Shown piece by piece: positions 57,945-64,000 of a stretch of DNA of 64,000 nt (position 1 is the stretch's first letter; the number at the start of each line of letters is the position of its first letter). The stretch covers positions 6,801,929 through 6,865,928 of the forward strand of contig OZ037769.1 of the NCBI GenBank assembly GCA_964035545.1. The letters run 5' to 3'. Below the pieces are notes generated by a model. That model had not been told where the DNA came from and did no database searches. It was given only the letters and a program-made list of their open reading frames with translations. The position numbers and the translations under genes are program-made. Source of the stretch: Bugula neritina (lineage: Eukaryota > Animalia > Bryozoa).

Positions 57945-60900
57945 CACTCACGAGTAAACTGTGGCTATAACAGAGAATACCGACTTCTAAATGCAGACTG
58001 ACACACATAACAGCTTCAAATATCATTACAGCTTCTAGAAAACTGACACTTTTGGTAAAGGTAAGAACAGTTGATTAGACACCTAATGACATTGGACACT
58101 ATAGCCTATGGATGATCAATATAGTATGTAATAAAGAGAGTGCAATGACTGTAGGTCTCTAGATATATAAGTTATATAAGAACTAGGATTATGTAAAGTA
58201 GGTAAAGCATTTTTGAAAAACACAGCCACGCATGCTTTTACTGATTGCTTTATATAATGTAGGTAGTTGGTATAGCTACTAGCATATAAATGCATTCGTT
58301 TGCGTCATCTAGATTCTAGATGGAGAACTATCAGCAAAATTGATTATCACAAACATTAGTTAATGTAAAAATCTCGAACGAAAAAAAAAAAATTCAGAAT
58401 ATAATAATAGATAAACTAGAATAAGCTAGTACAAGTCTAGTAACTGTTAATTGTTATACATGTATGCTATAAGATGGTGTTATATATTGTAGAAACGTAT
58501 GCCCATAGATAGCAAGATAATAGATGCTAACTAATAAAAGTTCAATAGTAATTAAAGTTTATAACATGGCTGTATATTATCGGTTTCATCTTTTTCATCT
58601 TTTAAGGACATTTCATTCAAACCATATAACAAATACCTTACGATGATCCTTAATGTGAATCAGCAAGATTTGTAAATGTTAATTTATCAAATTTAATAAA
58701 TATACAAGCAACTAGCAATCTATCCTATGAGCAGAAAGTTCTTCTTGATTGAATAGCTTAGGGCATTTTACATGTGCCGGTAGCACAAACTACTCCACGA
58801 GAACAAACTATCCAGGGGTATTTTTAAACTAAATCATAAATATTCTTTCAAGCCTGAGTTGACTGCTAGCTGTGAGACGACTAACCTGGTGAAGTATTGC
58901 TAGTGAAATCAGTAAGTTTATTCCAGATTGATAGTCCACAGGAGACTGGCATTTAATACCTTGTATACTAATACTGCATTCAAGCTGCTCTAGACATGCA
59001 ACTAATGCAAGTTATTAACTTCACAACTAACTTAGCAAATCTTAGCTAACTAGTTTATTATACAATCATATGCCGTAATGGGCATGCATGATATATTATG
59101 TATTGCAGTAGTGAGTTATTAGCAGAGTAAAGCTACATCAAGTGAACTTGCTCTATCAGACATTGATTACTAGATATTTATAGACATGTCATTATAACTT
59201 CAAATCCATGCAACAGGGGTGCAATGCCTTAGCACGATTCAACACCTTACTGCCTTGATATACAAAAACCTAGCAATGATATATTGCTGTACTACATTTA
59301 CTGTACTACATTAATAACTGTGCCACATTTATGTGTTACATTTACTGTGCTACATTTACTGCACTACATTTGCTGTATCACATAAATTTGCTGTACAAAA
59401 TTTGCTGTGGGTGTTTTGCACCATCAATTATTAGCTTCAATCTACTGGAAACACCACCGGATTATTGTTTAAATATATTTTTAATTACCAAAATTTTACA
59501 AGACATATTCAACCTGATCAACTTGTTATTTAGTAGTCAATGTCATTTAGAGCACAGCGTATCAATTATATATAGTTAGCAGTGAAGCTATAAATTATCT
59601 GGTAGTTAATGGGTTTTCAATGACATCAAACCAGTTAACTAAGTTTTGTCAACAAATGCCATCTCCACATGATGTCCTATAAGCTACTACTAGAAGTAAA
59701 GATCTCTAGGAGCCCCAACTATATACATATAACACTACCTGCATTTACAGTCACGGAACCTCAGTTAATTAAATTTATTGACCAACTAAAACTCAAATAG
59801 TCTGGTGAAAATCAGCCACAAGCTTCCAATAATAATTTAAAAATTGATTTAGAAAACCTCTGCAAGAAAATATTGGATAGAAGGGCTGTGGAACATCAAT
59901 AAAGCTTGGGTGGCAACAGAGTGCATAAAAATCTTGAGGTTTCCAGCCTACTCTATCACAACATTCACTGAGTAATGCCGTCCAAACTGCAAATTGCAAT
60001 AATATATGTACAGATGTTACTGTTAGCCTTCTGTGATTTCATAATAATAGTTCAAGTTTGAGTGAATTTATAGCTGCATATAGCATGAATCATCAGTGGG
60101 TTTATTTATGGATGCGATTATTTCACTTGTAAGGAACACTCTCATGGGTTTAGAGTCAGCATCCCTGAGAGAACCGTTAATGGAAAAGGTTCAAGCAGCT
60201 AAGGACTTCCTAACATTGTCAACGTCTTTATCAGTGATCTAACCACTGCCCTCTTGTTTACAAAGCCAGCATTCTAACCTCTAGAGTGCGACTATATTTC
60301 ACTTGTAATACACAGATTACATAAAATGCATCTTATACCTAAGTGCTCCAAATAAAGTCAAAGTTAAACTAGCAAGGAGAGTGAAGCAAAGTAATTAATC
60401 TCAATGCACAGAAGTCCTGTAAAACAAATAGACAAGGCAGCAATCTATGATTTGAATGTAAGATTGCTATGGCAGCTTACTGCCTGCAGCAAGCCACGAG
60501 GCAGCAGTTATAACAGATTACCAACTTTTAACTTCTAGGGTGAACCACCCTAATAAATACCGTCAAAAAGCATGCACTTTCCAATTAAAAATAGACATCA
60601 ATTACTGTAAACCACTCAAGAGCTCAGTGTGACAAGTGTCAGTATGACTAAAAACCTAGCCAACGGTTGCTGCAAAAAAAGGAAACATTTTTTTCAAATT
60701 GAAAAACATAAATGTAAAAAGAATATATATGTAATCTTTCAGACTGATATAAATATTACTCTATTGCAACAATATATTGTTGCAATAGAGCAGTATCAAA
60801 ACCACCTTATTATTCTAAGTTTACCACTAGATTGGCACAATTTTAATTGGCTGGAGCTAGCAAACCCATAAATCTATTACTAAAGGGTTGGTAATTAAAG

Positions 60901-63900
60901 AAAGTTTAAAAGTCTCCAGCTTAGTTTCAACAGTTTGAACTTGGAAAAATTCTACTCAAGGTTCTCAATTGAATAGGAGTCTTGACAGCCTGGAGTCAAG
61001 TCCAAAAAAAGTCCCAAAGAACTCAGATCCACCTTACCACCACTGCTTTACTACTTCGACCTTACTGTCTTGAGCATAAATAATTCAACAATTAATTAGA
61101 AATCGCGGTACTATTTTTTATTCTACGTTGTGTATTCAATAGTCGGAAGATTTCTGGGATTCCGAATTAAAATTCAGGAATTTAATTGTGAGCTAGGAAT
61201 AAATTGTCAACGGCTGGTATTTAAAGTAATAATTCTAAACTAATAATGCAACAAATAGGTTGATTTAGCCTTCAGCAAGTTAGTGATTATTGCTTAAGGG
61301 CTGTGGTTAAAATTGTTTTGCAGTGTTTTATCTGTCTTTTATATACAATTCTAAAATTACTAATTAATTTATTAGAAACTAATCTTAGGAAACTAATAAA
61401 GATATGCTTTTCATAATTATTAGCATAGCAATTAAAATAATGAGACTAGAAAATATGGGTGTATATAGCCAGCTACTCCGTGTGCAAATACCGCCTAACA
61501 TTCTTATTTTCCTTAGGTGCCTGGGCTAACGTAGCACAACATACTTATCAGTTTAAAGTGCATACAAGTAAATAATAGATATACACCAAAATGATGTTTT
61601 GATTCTCCACATTCTTTCTAAATTATGCAATTCAACATCCTAATGTAGATCTCATATACGCTTACATATATGATGAATTTGGTTCAAGCCACCATTTTGC
61701 ATAATGTACAAACTATTTTCCTAAAAGCATCTGCATGGCTAATATTTAAAAACTCATTCACTATTAATCTTACTGCATCAACAACAAAATAAACAATAAA
61801 TCATATCCGTTTAGCATTACAAAAGCTAATACTTCTAGTATTATAGTTTGTGTAAGTACAAATTATATTTAATTACTAAAATCAGTAGCATTTCTTATGA
61901 CCTTTAGGCTTTCGCTGGCCTAAGTACCAAAAGAAAAGTGGTACTTAATTGAATATCATACCTACTACGGAGCAGACACCATCATCAGTATCCTTAAAAG
62001 TGTTAGAATAACCTTTACTAGTAGCCCTAAAGATCATCTAGTGCGCAAGAAAACCTTTAAATCAAAGCAACCTAAAAGGAATAGAGTATCGAGTTTCACG
62101 ACCATTACACTTTATGACATAATAGCTGATTATGCCACAACAGAAAGAGCTTTCTCATTCAATTTAGTTTTACTCATACACCCTACAACATTTATAAGAC
62201 ATTTCCAGTAGAGCAGCTAATCTATGTTCTGATATATTGCAAAACATTTTTCTAGACGCTAAAACTTATGGTTAGAACTGGCAGCTAAAAAACTCTTTAT
62301 CAAAATACTACTCAGCTTATTTACCGTTCAGATTCTAAAGAGACTCTAGAGTCTAGATATTTTATGAAATTGTGCCACAAAGTAACCCTAATCAGTACTC
62401 ATACTAAGCTTATTAGATACATCTAGTAAAATTCCAGGACAATAAAAAGACAATAAAAAGAGCATACGTCAGGATATATAATAGGCTATAAATGACTAAA
62501 TTCCTTAAATAAATATAAATAAGCTTTCCACGTAATGCCCACTTCTATTGGGCACAGCTTTGACAACTTAATATTATTATTTCCATTTTTATTTTATTTG
62601 AAACCGTACATTGGGTTACTAAAACAGCATCGTGACTTTCAGAGCTGGGCCCAAGCCACATCGACTCAAGTATTCAATTTTTTTAATTCAACAGTGATCT
62701 TGAAAATTTCAATATTCTCAATAGATTTAAGAACTATTGTTGTTCCGTGGTGTCTAATCATAAGTAAGTATTAATTTTGCATGATCTATCCAATAAAATA
62801 GTTAATTTTAAAATAGTTATACAAACTTATTTTATATTTAAGCTGCCAACTGCTTCCAGATATAAATGAATTTTTGGTAGTTGGAAGTAATCTTTCAACC
62901 AGACATTGTAATATACTATTGACTTAATGGACTAAACTTGACTAAAGTCGTTGGCTGAACCCTTACTTCCCTTTGCTAGCCACTGATTTGATGTGATTGA
63001 CCCAGCTCTGGTAATTTACATTTGGTTTTGGCAATTTGAAATATAATTAAAGATTTAGCTTTAGTAATAATCAATATTACATTGAGAAATTTTAGTTCTG
63101 AAACTGGAACCAGCATAAAAAAAATAAATATTTATTTATGACAATGATAGCTATTATAATAGAATGGAAAAAATATAAGATAATCAATATTTACATTAAA
63201 ACTAAAGTAATCATGTTTGATCTATTATGCTTTTAAGCATACATATATAAAGTTTATAATATATATAAATATATATCAACGTTTCACCCATTAATGTTAG
63301 TGTTGATGTTGATACAAAAACATACTACAAATACAATCACTTTATATTTATTACCATTACTATTTAAATTATTCCTGCCTCATGTTTGATAATTACTAAA
63401 TTTTAAAGTTTATTATTAAATAAATCATCAGTTTAATTATTAATTTGCTATCCCACATTACAGTTTATTAAATTATTATGATAAATTGAGACATGGACTT
63501 AAAGTGAGTAAAATTAATAGTACAATTTTAGTACAAATTAATCCTCAATCTATTAAAAATAACTATTCAATAAATCAATTTATATTGATATGCATAAATA
63601 TTGTTATGCTTTTCATCATCAATCAACTAATTATCAAGGACTTGTACTTAATACTTATAGCTCTAAAATGTATATTTATTTATACTAATATAACTCTAAT
63701 AAGAATGTAAACAAATATAACCGCAAATATATTTCACAGTTATAATGATAACCATTAGAATTCAAACTTAATAAATAAATGAAGATATTATTATTATTAA
63801 ACTAATATTAATAATTATAATACATTTGAAAACAATAAATAGCCTACAAGTATTTCAGTTTAAAATATTTTACCTCATTAATTTTACACTTTATCTTATA

Positions 63901-64000
63901 ATCTCACTCTCATAGTTAACGTTAAAATATCAACTATTAAATTAGTCTAACTATTACCAATACCAATGACAATATGAATACCATTATTATTGGTAAATTT

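Noticed and set aside
58000-64000. Short ORFs and very AT-rich terminal region
   Set aside because: No recognisable protein motifs; probably PMCA 5' intron or upstream DNA. The PMCA promoter could not be located.

Overview
AT-rich animal (invertebrate-like) genomic DNA containing two interleaved systems. (1) A cluster of six + strand inhibitor-of-apoptosis (IAP/BIRC; BIR[-UBA]-RING) paralogs with intronless coding regions. Five lie in tandem at 1-23.8 kb, two of them within a recent ~5.55 kb tandem duplication. The sixth is nested antisense in an intron of the neighbouring gene (40.3-42.1 kb). The paralogs are nucleotide mosaics: near-identical BIR blocks alternate with unrelated linkers and unrelated N-terminal leaders. 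At least one leader looks like signal peptide + glycosylated ectodomain + transmembrane helix, which would make a membrane-anchored IAP. (2) A complete plasma-membrane Ca2+-ATPase (PMCA/ATP2B) gene on the - strand (57944 to ~24579). I traced 19 in-phase GT-AG exons (1100 codons), a 30-nt microexon at splice site A and three candidate alternative terminal exons at splice site C. Introns and intergenic DNA carry a 5'-truncated non-LTR retrotransposon, a tRNA-Thr-derived SINE, several MITE/foldback elements, and mini/microsatellites, some built from transcription-factor or splice-site motifs. All calls come from reading by eye; no database searches were run.
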